From positions 372,001-436,000 of the forward strand of contig CDROCS010001089.1 in the NCBI GenBank assembly GCA_977020255.1: a stretch of 64,000 nucleotides of DNA, written 5' to 3'. The position numbers and the translations under genes are program-made. The notes below the pieces were generated by a model. It searched no databases, was not told where the DNA came from, and worked only from the letters and a program-made list of their open reading frames with translations. Position 1 is the first letter of the stretch. Every line of letters starts with the position of its first letter. This document shows positions 1 to 9,484 of the stretch, one piece after another. The DNA is from Obrimoposthia wandeli (Eukaryota).

Positions 1-81
1 ATACCTTATAATAGGTACTTACTCAAAAAATTTGCTGGATAGGCACTTCTAAAAAACTCATCAATACAACGGGTAAATACT

Positions 82-402
82 ATGAACAATGCTATCGAGA
101 TCGTCACTTTCAACTTAAACGCAACTGCTACAAAAGAACAGGTTTTAGCAACAACCCCCGCCATGCAAGAATTCCTTAATCAGCAACCAGGCTTCTTATA
201 TCGATCATTAAGCTGTGATGAGCAAGGTTTATGGTTTGATATTGTCTACTGGGAAAATCAACAAGCAGCGCAAGCTGGAGGCGAAGCCTTTATGAAATCT
301 GCAGCAGGGGCAGCGTTGATGCCGTTGATCGATGCCGCTTCTTGTAAAATGCGCCACATGGATGCATTATCAGCTGTTCTTGCTGATTCTCTAGCGGCAT
401 AA
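82..402 (+). CDS. ABM-like (antibiotic biosynthesis monooxygenase / dimeric alpha-beta barrel) small protein
   Basis: 106 aa; EIVTF strand, FLNQQPGFLYRSL and DIVYW...AA pattern typical of ABM-fold proteins. Confidence 0.6.
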   Translation: MNNAIEIVTFNLNATATKEQVLATTPAMQEFLNQQPGFLYRSLSCDEQGLWFDIVYWENQQAAQAGGEAFMKSAAGAALMPLIDAASCKMRHMDALSAVLADSLAA

Positions 403-506
403 ATCTGCAAAATTGATAATGCTCTTCGGGAATTCGTGAATAAGTGTGGTAAGTCATCTGTAAGTTCACCATCACAACTTCCCCATAACATATCCAAGGA
501 TAATAA

Positions 507-932
507 ATGTCAAATAGCCAAACTCATCATTCAAGTTGCCTGTGTGGTAGCGTGCAGATATCTGTAGCAGAAATTAATCCAAAATTTACTGTCTGTCATT
601 GTCAAGGATGCAGAACTTGGGGAGGTGCCCCTTTCTTTGCTGTTCAATGCGGCACAGAGGTCGAGTTTGAAAATGCTGAAAAAATAACATTATTTGACTC
701 ATCAGCTTGGGCTGAACGAGGTTTTTGCCAAGAGTGTGGCACACATTTATTTTACCGGTTAAAGAAAACAGGTGCTTACAACATGCCAGTGGGCTTATTC
801 CCAGCACTAAAAAATCTAGAAATGAGCATGCAGTATTTCAGTGACAAAAAACCGGATTACTATTGTTTCTCCAACGACACTAAAGAAATGACAGAGGCCG
901 AGATAATGGTCTATTTCGCAGATCAAGTTTAA
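507..932 (+). CDS. GFA family (glutathione-dependent formaldehyde-activating / CENP-V) zinc protein
   Basis: CLCGSV, CHCQGCR and RGFCQECGTHLF cysteine motifs. Confidence 0.9.
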   Translation: MSNSQTHHSSCLCGSVQISVAEINPKFTVCHCQGCRTWGGAPFFAVQCGTEVEFENAEKITLFDSSAWAERGFCQECGTHLFYRLKKTGAYNMPVGLFPALKNLEMSMQYFSDKKPDYYCFSNDTKEMTEAEIMVYFADQV

Positions 933-951
933 GGGGGACTGATAAAACCTG

Positions 952-1629
952 ATGCGTAAAGCAGAGCGATTATTCCAGTTATTAACCCTACTTAGAGGGA
1001 GGCGCACTGTTATCACAGCACGTTCTCTCGCTGAGTATCTAGAAGTGTCCGAGCGAACAATATATCGTGATATGCAAGCGCTCACATTATCTGGTATTCC
1101 AATAGAAGGGGAAGCAGGAGTTGGTTATCGGCTTAAACCTGGCTTCTCTATCCCACCTATCATGTTTAACGCTCAAGAATTAGAAGCTATTTTGCTCGGT
1201 GCTCGCATGGTGCAGCGCTGGGGAGACCCACAATTAGGCGCTGCAGCTGACAGTGCGCTAACCAAAATTATGGCGATATTGCCCGATAAACTCCATTTTG
1301 AGCACACCCTAAAACCTGAATGGTTACTAGTGCCTGAATACTCAGCAGGTGAAAGCGCACGCTTTGGTCAAGAAATCAGGCAGGCGATTAAACAACAGCT
1401 TATCGTAAAGATCGATTATATGACTGAAAACAAACAAACTTCTACCCGTGAAATATGGCCCTTAGGCTTAGTGTTTTGGGGCAATGTTTGGACATTAGTT
1501 AGCTGGTGTGAATTACGCGATGCCTATAGATCATTTCGCCTTGATCGTATTTTACTGCTAACAACAACGGATAAAACTTATCCTCAACGTGACGATATAA
1601 ACCTACAGCATTATATTCAAGGCTTTTAA
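952..1629 (+). CDS. YafY-family HTH-WYL transcriptional regulator
   Basis: N-terminal wHTH (LAEYLEVSERTIYRDMQAL...GVGY), WYL domain (REIWPLGL...W...WCELRDAYRSFRLDRI). Confidence 0.9.
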   Translation: MRKAERLFQLLTLLRGRRTVITARSLAEYLEVSERTIYRDMQALTLSGIPIEGEAGVGYRLKPGFSIPPIMFNAQELEAILLGARMVQRWGDPQLGAAADSALTKIMAILPDKLHFEHTLKPEWLLVPEYSAGESARFGQEIRQAIKQQLIVKIDYMTENKQTSTREIWPLGLVFWGNVWTLVSWCELRDAYRSFRLDRILLLTTTDKTYPQRDDINLQHYIQGF

Positions 1630-1806
1630 AAAATTTTTCAAACAAATTATCCCCTCTATTGTATAGGCTTGTGTGCAGTACTTTCTTAATATAACAAATC
1701 GCCAAACTAGTACCTGCAACAAACGGAAAAATCAGAATAATATAGCGTAGTGGCAATATTGATGAAATCTATTAACTTTTACTCATAGCTAATTTTCATC
1801 CACGGA

Positions 1807-2754
1807 TCAATTTTTACTCCCAGACAGTGCATCAGATGGGAAATCGCTGGCCTGTTCTTTAAGATGCTGATCTATAAAATCAACGAACACTTGGCAGCGC
1901 AAAGATTGGCGCACTTGCGTTGGCAGTACTAAATAACTATCGATACCTGTTTCAACTCCTTGGCTATTGAGTAATACTAATTGCCCAGATTTGAGGTCAG
2001 CAACAATTTCATAGTACTCTGCAAGCGCCACACCTTGCCCAAGCCTTGCAGCCATCAATGCCTGGTAGTTATCATTGTAGTATATATTAGAGCCCTGCCC
2101 TTGTGTTTCGCCATTGGCGAATTGATTGAACCAGGTAGTCCAACCACGAGATCTGTCGTGCAACAGTGGATAATCGATGAGTTCCGCTCCCAATTCAATC
2201 CCGGGTTTATTGAGTATCAATGCAGGAGACGCTACAGGATAAAATCGGGCATTAATCAAACGCCGTTTTTCCATATCCGCAGTGTCTTGAGGTGAGCCAA
2301 AACAAACGCAGACGTCAAACCCTTCAGGTAATACCGCCAAATTGGGAGGGATTTGTTGCAGCTTGAGCGTTACCTCCGGATAAGCACGATTAAAACGGCC
2401 CATCACATGAATCAACATACTTTGCGTAATTGATGGCGTCGAGCAGATAATCAGCTCTCCCGCCATACTCTGGTTATCACTATCAAGCTGGTGAATACCT
2501 TGGGTAAGAGTATCTAAACTCTGGCTAATGGTTTCTAACAAACTTTGCCCAGATGATGTGAGGAACAAACGCTTATGTTTACGCACAAAGAGCTCAACCC
2601 CTAGCTGTGCCTCTAATGACCTCACTTGCTGGCTGACAGCTCCCTGAGTAACCCCGAGCTGCGCAGCTGCCTTACCAAGATGGCAAAACTGAGCAGCGGC
2701 TTCAAAGGCACGTAAAGCATTGAGAGGTAGTTGGCGTCGATCGAATTTTTTCAT
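1807..2754 (-). CDS. LysR-family regulator, GcvA-like
   Basis: LPLNALRAFEAAA...AAAQLGVTQGAVSQQVRSLEAQLGVELFVR HTH; 315 aa; divergent from a DMT gene. Confidence 0.9.
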   Translation of the reverse strand: MKKFDRRQLPLNALRAFEAAAQFCHLGKAAAQLGVTQGAVSQQVRSLEAQLGVELFVRKHKRLFLTSSGQSLLETISQSLDTLTQGIHQLDSDNQSMAGELIICSTPSITQSMLIHVMGRFNRAYPEVTLKLQQIPPNLAVLPEGFDVCVCFGSPQDTADMEKRRLINARFYPVASPALILNKPGIELGAELIDYPLLHDRSRGWTTWFNQFANGETQGQGSNIYYNDNYQALMAARLGQGVALAEYYEIVADLKSGQLVLLNSQGVETGIDSYLVLPTQVRQSLRCQVFVDFIDQHLKEQASDFPSDALSGSKN

Positions 2755-2933
2755 TTAGATTTTCTACACAAGTTATAGAGAATTATTCGTTTTCTATCAG
2801 AAAAATTACTTGATAGCATCCTTTTCTGAGGTTTTTTACAATTTTCATCAATAACACCCATTTTTACCCAATAGCTAATACAACTTTTATTACTGGCAAC
2901 ATGCACGCTTGAATAACCAAGGAAAAACAGCTT

Positions 2934-3854
2934 ATGCAAATTAGTACCTTTTACACCCGCGCCAAAACCTTTAGCCACTCTTCACAGTTTGGCATATGGA
3001 TTGTGGTTTTGGCGATGCTGTTATTCCCATCACTCGATGTGCTGGCCAAACTGCTCGCAAAAACACTATCACCCGTGCAAATCAGCTTTCTACGCGCCAT
3101 TTGCCAAGCACTGTTCTTTCTAGTGGTAATGCGCACTCTACCAAGGTTTAACTACCCTCTTAAGTTAACTATTAATTTATTACTGTGTGCAGTCGTTATG
3201 AACACCGGTATTATTTTTATGGTGTGGGGGCTTATCTATTTGCCCGTAGCGAATGCAATCGCCTTATTCTTTGTCGAGCCTTTACTGTTAATGCTGCTCT
3301 CATCGGTCATTCTAAAAGAGAAATCATCACCCCTTCGCTACTTACTCGCCTTCATCGGCCTCGTAGGTGCAATGGTAGTCATCAGGCCTAATTGGCAACT
3401 CTATGGCTGGCCCGCAATACTCCCTATCTGCTGCGCACTGTGCTTTGCAATCTATCTACTCATTATTCGCAGCACGCGCAGCCAAGTATCTACCACACAA
3501 GCACAAGCTTATATCAGCTTAGCTGGCACTGTTATCCTAGGCGTGGTGCTGTATCTCGGCCAAGGTTTTGATATCTCTGTTCTCAAGTGGAATAGCATTG
3601 TACCTTCAAATTATAGTTTGATTTTATTGTTAGGGTTTTTCGCCACGTTAACGCATTGGTTGATGGGTAAGGCTTTCACCTTAAATCAAGCCAATATCTT
3701 AGCGCCTTTTCGCTATTTAGAAATCATCAGCGCCACTGCGTTGGGGTATTTGATATTTAATGATATTCCGGACTTGATGACTTGGTTGGGCACAGCGATT
3801 ATTTTGAGTTCTGGGTTGATGCTGATGCGATTAGAGAGGCATGAGAAAGTGTGA
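2934..3854 (+). CDS. DMT/EamA family transporter
   Basis: ~10 hydrophobic segments; LPVANAIALFFVEPL and APFRYLEII...GYLIFNDIPD motifs. Confidence 0.85.
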   Translation: MQISTFYTRAKTFSHSSQFGIWIVVLAMLLFPSLDVLAKLLAKTLSPVQISFLRAICQALFFLVVMRTLPRFNYPLKLTINLLLCAVVMNTGIIFMVWGLIYLPVANAIALFFVEPLLLMLLSSVILKEKSSPLRYLLAFIGLVGAMVVIRPNWQLYGWPAILPICCALCFAIYLLIIRSTRSQVSTTQAQAYISLAGTVILGVVLYLGQGFDISVLKWNSIVPSNYSLILLLGFFATLTHWLMGKAFTLNQANILAPFRYLEIISATALGYLIFNDIPDLMTWLGTAIILSSGLMLMRLERHEKV

Positions 3855-3948
3855 TGCGTTATGTACCAGCTATTCAGGAAATATTTACGAAGCTCGGCTC
3901 TGTCCCTCTAATTTGGTATCTTTTCTTTGAAAGGTAATACCGATACTT

Positions 3949-3976
3949 AAAAAAACGGCTACCTAAGTAGCCGTTT
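3949..3976 (-). terminator. Intrinsic terminator of the ALDH gene
   Basis: Stem AAACGGCTAC/GTAGCCGTTT with 4-nt loop; A-run 3949-3955 gives a U-tract on the minus strand. Confidence 0.75.
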
Positions 3977-3994
3977 CCATTTAATGCTTTAAAT

Positions 3995-5428
3995 TCACTT
4001 CCAATCTGTAACGTGTTTGATCTCTAAGAAATCTTCAAGTCCCCAAACACCACCTTCACGGCCGTTACCTGACTGCTTGTATCCACCAAATGGAGCTGTC
4101 CCTTGAGAATCAATACCGTTAACTCTTACCATGCCGCTGCGCAATCTACGTGCAACTCGCTTGGCCTTCTCTGGGTCTTGAGTTTGTAGATAGTTAGTTA
4201 AACCATAAACCGTATCATTGGCTATCGCGATAGCTTCTTCTTCTGTATCAAACGGGATCATTGCAAGCACTGGTCCAAACACTTCTTCAGTGGCGATATC
4301 CATGTCGTTATTAACATCGGCAAAAACAGTTGGCTTAACGTAATAACCAGCAGCAAAACCTTCCGGTCGGCCTACACCACCCGCAATTAGCTTAGCGCCT
4401 TCATTGATGCCCACCTGAATGAGCCCTTGAATCTTGTCAAATTGAGCTTGGCTGATAACAGGACCAATATGACGGCCACTTTCACTTGGATCGCCAACTT
4501 GTACCGAATTCGCCGCATCCGTGGCTATTTTAACAGCACTGTCATAAATTGAACGTTCGACTAACATTCTAGAAGGTGCATTACATGATTGACCGGTGTT
4601 GCCAAAGCAATGAATAACACCACGTTTAACCGCTTTTTCATCAGCATCTGCGAAGATGATATTGGCACCTTTTCCGCCTAGTTCTAGCGTTACACGCTTT
4701 ACCGTATCCGCAGCAGCTTTAGTGATGAGTGCACCAGCGCGAGTAGAACCTGTAAAGGACAACATATCAACATCTGGATGAGAAGAAAGCTGTGTACCCA
4801 CACCAACCCCGTCGCCATTTACCATGTTAAATACACCAGCTGGGAAGCCCGCTGCTTCAACTATTTCAGCAAAAACGATAGATGAAAGTGGTGCGATTTC
4901 TGAAGGCTTTAGTACAACAGTGCAACCCACGGCAAGAGCCGGCACAACCTTAAGGGTTACTTGATTCATCGGCCAGTTCCAAGGGGTGATCAAACCGCAC
5001 ACACCGATAGGCTCTTTAATGATGCGCTCAGAAGTATTCTGGGCAGTAATAGGTGATTCAAATTCCATATCGGCGAAAGCATCGATAAAGCCTTTAATAT
5101 GCGAAGCGCCTGATCCCGCTTGTGCTCTAGTCGATAAATCGATCGGTGCGCCCATTTCCATTGAAATAGCTTGCGCCATATCTGTAGAACGCTTTTTGTA
5201 CTCTTCAAGCAATGCATTCAATAGTCTTAAACGCTCTTCTTTAGGCGTTTGTGACCAACTATCGAAAGCAGTACGTGCTGCATTAACAGCAGCATCTGTG
5301 TCCGCTTGATCACCTAGAGAAATAACGGCGCAAGCTTCTTCTGTCGCAGGATTGATCACTTCAAAGTCATTGCTTTTTTGAGGTGCTACCCATTGACCAT
5401 TAATGTAAAAATTGCGTTTGTCTAACAT
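3995..5428 (-). CDS. NAD(P)-dependent aldehyde dehydrogenase
   Basis: ITPWNWP, LKPSE, SFTGSTRAG, LELGGK, catalytic GQSC, EEVFGPV, APFGGYKQSG motifs. Confidence 0.93.
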   Translation of the reverse strand: MLDKRNFYINGQWVAPQKSNDFEVINPATEEACAVISLGDQADTDAAVNAARTAFDSWSQTPKEERLRLLNALLEEYKKRSTDMAQAISMEMGAPIDLSTRAQAGSGASHIKGFIDAFADMEFESPITAQNTSERIIKEPIGVCGLITPWNWPMNQVTLKVVPALAVGCTVVLKPSEIAPLSSIVFAEIVEAAGFPAGVFNMVNGDGVGVGTQLSSHPDVDMLSFTGSTRAGALITKAAADTVKRVTLELGGKGANIIFADADEKAVKRGVIHCFGNTGQSCNAPSRMLVERSIYDSAVKIATDAANSVQVGDPSESGRHIGPVISQAQFDKIQGLIQVGINEGAKLIAGGVGRPEGFAAGYYVKPTVFADVNNDMDIATEEVFGPVLAMIPFDTEEEAIAIANDTVYGLTNYLQTQDPEKAKRVARRLRSGMVRVNGIDSQGTAPFGGYKQSGNGREGGVWGLEDFLEIKHVTDWK

Positions 5429-5603
5429 CTGACTCTCCTAATCTAGTTTTCGTCTATAAATAAAGCCGTATCGAGAATGTTTCAGTGATATGAGATGGGT
5501 ATTACTAGATATAGGCGTTTGGTGGTTCCAAATAACGCTATCTAGTGATGATCAGATCACATTAATGAAGCATTCGCAGTAGGCATTTGTTTGTGGGCGC
5601 AAA

Positions 5604-6368
5604 CTAATCCATAAAGACATAAGATCTAAAGTGATCTAATGCATCTTCGCTTACTAAAGTATTAATATCTATTGGTTGTAAATTATCGTCTAAGCACGTT
5701 TTATATGTGCTTAACACATCGATAAGCCCCTGCATTTTTTCTTTTCTATCTTCTACTGCTAATAGCGGTGCGTGTGTTGATAAATATAAAATCGGTTTGT
5801 GAGTGGTAAAATAGGCTTCTAAGCTTGGCATCAATTGAAACTCACCACCTTCAATGTCAATTTTCATCACATCAATTTGCTTAACAGGTGACATCGCTAA
5901 AAAGTGTTCCCACTTAAGCGTCAATACATCAACACCACTGCCTTCATTATCAAATAACAGGCTGGTCATACTGTCACCTGGCTTACCTCTATGGCTAGCC
6001 ATACGTGATATCGACATCGTTTCTGCAAGTGCGAAACTGTATGACGTTACATTTTTTAATTTGTTTAAATCGATGTTCCAACGCAAATAGCGATAAGCGG
6101 TAGGATCAGGCTCAAAACATATAACCTGCTTGGCCAACTGCGATGCATGCAGTACTGTAGGCCCTATCCACGCTCCTATGTCGCAGTAATTTTTCTGCTT
6201 AGTTAAAAAGTGCGATAATATTTTATAGGTATTCGGCTCCCAAGTACCCGCAGCGGCTTTGCCCCAAAAATCTGCGTGATAAGGGTCTACTTTATATGGA
6301 TATCCAGCAATATCAGCATCCATATATCCTTGTACCAGATAGCTTTCTTGCTGTGGTTTATCGCTCAT
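5604..6368 (-). CDS. FkbM-family SAM-dependent methyltransferase
   Basis: DIGAWIG, CFEPDP, IDVMKIDIEGGE motifs. Confidence 0.85.
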   Translation of the reverse strand: MSDKPQQESYLVQGYMDADIAGYPYKVDPYHADFWGKAAAGTWEPNTYKILSHFLTKQKNYCDIGAWIGPTVLHASQLAKQVICFEPDPTAYRYLRWNIDLNKLKNVTSYSFALAETMSISRMASHRGKPGDSMTSLLFDNEGSGVDVLTLKWEHFLAMSPVKQIDVMKIDIEGGEFQLMPSLEAYFTTHKPILYLSTHAPLLAVEDRKEKMQGLIDVLSTYKTCLDDNLQPIDINTLVSEDALDHFRSYVFMD

Positions 6369-6568
6369 GGTGCTTCTCCAAAACTAACGCTAAACAGTGA
6401 TGATCGACCACCTGCTGTTGTATACACTTAACTCTGCAGCCTTTCTATGCAAACCCAACAGGGTCAATCTGTTAATGGGGGCTAAGCCAATAAACTCAAT
6501 GCTAATGATAATAGACCTTGTACGATTTTTGAGGGGACACTTAAGGCACCCCAGCAAGGATTTTATTA

Positions 6569-7531
6569 TCAACCTTTACTGAGCAGCCCTTCTACCACTT
6601 CCTGGACCTGTAGCGCCTCTTCAAAACTGGCAAGAGTGTGTGGTTCATTACGCAGCATTTTTACCACTTGTGCCAACTGGGTGTAATCCAAGTCACCAGC
6701 TAGATCGATATCAACATCTTCCCACCGGTCATCTTCACTGATTTTAAGCGCTCTAAAACCAGTGAAGTGAATTGATTTTTGTTCGCCATAAACAATCCAG
6801 TTATTGGTATCTGGGCCATTGCCACCTACTACGCCTTGTAACCGAACATCAATTCCCTGGCTGCGGTAGTTTGCTTGTACTAACGTTTCTGCATAACCTT
6901 CTCGGTCATATTCTACTTTAGCATCGATCAGCTCTAGTTCACCGATAAGGCGTTGATGTAAGAAAACGAAGTGCGAATAAACTTCTCTAAGAAAGCCTCC
7001 TTGTTCCCTTAAACACAACCAGTTACTAGCATTGCTCTGCCAGCGCCTTGGCCAAGCACTGTAGTGAAATTGAAATTCAATACTGGTAATTTGCTGTTTA
7101 TCCATTGATACGAGCTGTGCTGCTATTTCAGCAACCACAGGGCTTGAAGCTAGTGATAAGTTAACCGCGGCTTTAATGGGTGTTTGCTTTAGCCTTTCTA
7201 CAAAGGCTTTAGATTCTGCAACATCTACTGCTAGAGGCTTTTCACACCAAATAGCCTTGTTATTATCAAGCGCCATATGACAGTAGTGCATATGGCTTTT
7301 CGGTGGTGTACCTATATAAACTACATCGACATCAGATCGCTCCATCAATGTTTGGGCAGAGCTTTCTACTGTAATTTTTAAGCGCTGTGTCTCGTCTAAA
7401 GGTAATGATTCTAGAGAGATAGGAGCTGCATCAAAAACAGCGACCACTTCGACATCAAGGTGTCGCTGGGCCGCAATTAAAATACGCTGGCCAATAGTTC
7501 CAAGGCCTATGATTGCTAGTTTAATCGACAA
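6569..7531 (-). CDS. Gfo/Idh/MocA oxidoreductase
   Basis: IIGLGTIG Rossmann motif, VYIGTPPKSH, CEKPLA. Confidence 0.88.
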   Translation of the reverse strand: MSIKLAIIGLGTIGQRILIAAQRHLDVEVVAVFDAAPISLESLPLDETQRLKITVESSAQTLMERSDVDVVYIGTPPKSHMHYCHMALDNNKAIWCEKPLAVDVAESKAFVERLKQTPIKAAVNLSLASSPVVAEIAAQLVSMDKQQITSIEFQFHYSAWPRRWQSNASNWLCLREQGGFLREVYSHFVFLHQRLIGELELIDAKVEYDREGYAETLVQANYRSQGIDVRLQGVVGGNGPDTNNWIVYGEQKSIHFTGFRALKISEDDRWEDVDIDLAGDLDYTQLAQVVKMLRNEPHTLASFEEALQVQEVVEGLLSKG

Positions 7532-7670
7532 AATTATGATCCCTTTTAAGGTTTGTTATGCCTTAAGTCATCAATAATAAGGCGAACGGCCTTTAAACTA
7601 TCATATATTCTATGCCAAAAAAAGCTCTTAACTTATTGAGTAAAATCAATATTTGAGCGATAGATTTAAG

Positions 7671-8636
7671 TCAGTACTTTGAACGACTGCTGGCAAGTAA
7701 GTAGCCACTGAAGAGAATAACGCCTGCGCCTACTAGTGAAAAAACCGACAGTTGCTGGTCAAACAGCCAGTAATCAATGCACAAGCCAAATAAAATCCAA
7801 CTGTAACCGACGGGTGCTACCACCGATAATGGCGCAATGCGATAGCCTCTTATATTACAGTATTGCCCTAACAGCGCTAACGGCCCTAATGAACATAAAC
7901 TGAGCTTTAGTAGCAGGCTAGTTTCATTCCAGGTCATCGCCGCGGGGATTACAAATAGCAAGGCACCAAAAAAGTTTACTTGTAACAATACTGCTGTACT
8001 GTTTTCACGCATCGCGACAGTGCGAATAAACACACTTTCTACCGCTAAAAACACTGCGCCTGCTAATGCCACCAGCGCGGCTATTCCAAAACTGCCGCTT
8101 CCCTGAAATGCCCCTTTTTCAAAAAGCACTAAAAATGCACCTAGCGCACACCCTGCAATCGCATACCAACGATGTAAATGAATACGCTCGTGAAATATCG
8201 CAATACCGAGTAATACCGCAAACACGCTATCAAGTAAGCCGATAGCCGCAGCGTCTGATACTGCCATATTAGCCGCCGCATATATGGCTGCAAAGCCCCC
8301 CAAACTTCCGGCGACTGCTCTAGCTAAGTGTTGCGGCCAAGCAGGGCTAAAAGCGACAGGCTGCCGTTTGAATTTAGCCAGAAAAACCATCACAATAAAG
8401 CCAGAAAGGTAGCGTAAAAAAATAATTTGCCATACCCAATCTGTGGCATTAAATAATTTTGCAGAAGCGAATATAACAGAGAATATCGCTGTGCCCGCCA
8501 GCACCCAAAGTATCGCTTGCAAGGAATGATTTTGTGCATCTTTTGCCGCTGTATTAATAATATCACTCCCAGTGGAATATTTTCTGTAATTATCCTTCTG
8601 GCTACAAGAATAAATATATAAGTTCAATAAAAACAA
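7671..8636 (-). CDS. DMT/EamA family transporter (true start uncertain, probably near 8561-8520)
   Basis: Hydrophobic EamA repeats, IFHERI and APLSVVAPVGYSWILFG motifs; the first ~25 codons of the track ORF are AT-rich low-complexity sequence. Confidence 0.8.
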   Translation of the reverse strand: MFLLNLYIYSCSQKDNYRKYSTGSDIINTAAKDAQNHSLQAILWVLAGTAIFSVIFASAKLFNATDWVWQIIFLRYLSGFIVMVFLAKFKRQPVAFSPAWPQHLARAVAGSLGGFAAIYAAANMAVSDAAAIGLLDSVFAVLLGIAIFHERIHLHRWYAIAGCALGAFLVLFEKGAFQGSGSFGIAALVALAGAVFLAVESVFIRTVAMRENSTAVLLQVNFFGALLFVIPAAMTWNETSLLLKLSLCSLGPLALLGQYCNIRGYRIAPLSVVAPVGYSWILFGLCIDYWLFDQQLSVFSLVGAGVILFSGYLLASSRSKY

Positions 8637-8746
8637 TACTATAAATAATAGTAAGCACTAACAAACAGTGCTTGGTATTTTACTATTATATAATTAATAG
8701 CAAAGAAAGTTTCCTTCTCAACCTAACACAAGGAATTAAAATACAA

Positions 8747-9148
8747 TCAGCAACAACTATCATCACGCTCGTGCACTTCATTACCTTCTTAAGAAGGACT
8801 AAATACGTAAACTAAATGCATGTCTCTTTGCGAGTTAGCAGTTAATATTCGTTTGTCACGACTATTAAAGGCATAAATTGTTAAAGCTTCACTTGTTTGA
8901 ATTTCACCTACTTGATAATCCTTAACTTCTCCTCGTCCGCTCACACTCAAACAAGATTCCAAATTTTTCTTATAGCCTAACGACATATCGTACGACAGCA
9001 TTAATAAGAGTGTCGTTAATAGAGCAGCCCCTACCCATCGCTAAGATTAGGCATCGGCTATTCCAACTAGGCTCTTGTTAGGTAAAATTACAGGTAGAGT
9101 TAATCACCCTAGTCTTAAAGAGTAAATAAGTGTTTGAACAATAATCAT
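8747..9148 (-). pseudogene. ectC: Decayed L-ectoine synthase (EctC) remnant
   Basis: Minus-strand fragments in collinear EctC order across frames: MIIVQTL; WNSRCLILA; GCSINDTLINA; MSLGYKKNLESCLSVSGRGEV; TIYAFNSRDKRILTA; MHLVYVFSPS*EGNEVH. At least one frameshift and an in-frame TAA at 8789-8791. Confidence 0.8.
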
Positions 9149-9214
9149 TTATTACACAATGTTAATATTAATCCAGTCACAAAAGCGTTCGCTTTTTAAA
9201 CGATCACACCTTAA

Positions 9215-9250
9215 GTGACACTATGTGACAAAGCTTTTCACACTGTGACC
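9215..9250. promoter_or_regulatory. Phased GTGAC(A/C) direct repeats upstream of the sugar ABC operon; candidate response-regulator site
   Basis: GTGACA at 9215 and 9225, GTGACC at 9245 (10-bp phase). Confidence 0.3.
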
Positions 9251-9484
9251 CCCTTTTATTGCGCACTTTGCTACCTTAATAGATAAGCTCTCCTTTAATA
9301 GATTATCGATCTAAAGCAAATCAATAATGCTTAGTGAGAACGAGCGCTTATTTACACTGCTCTATCTCGGCTCATTCACACATAACAGTGTTGCTATTAG
9401 CGGGTTGAGGTTTTTTTTAGGTGTTTAGAATAAGCAGCCTATAAAGGCACCAAACACTATCAATAAATATAATAAGGTACTCAA

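Noticed and set aside
1761-1800. LysR-box-like dyads (GATGAAA...TTTCATC) between convergent genes
   Set aside because: AT-rich, located 3' of both genes, no gene to regulate; could be chance or a terminator remnant
9224-9242. CRP site upstream of the sugar ABC operon
   Set aside because: TGTGA and TCACA are 9 nt apart, not 6
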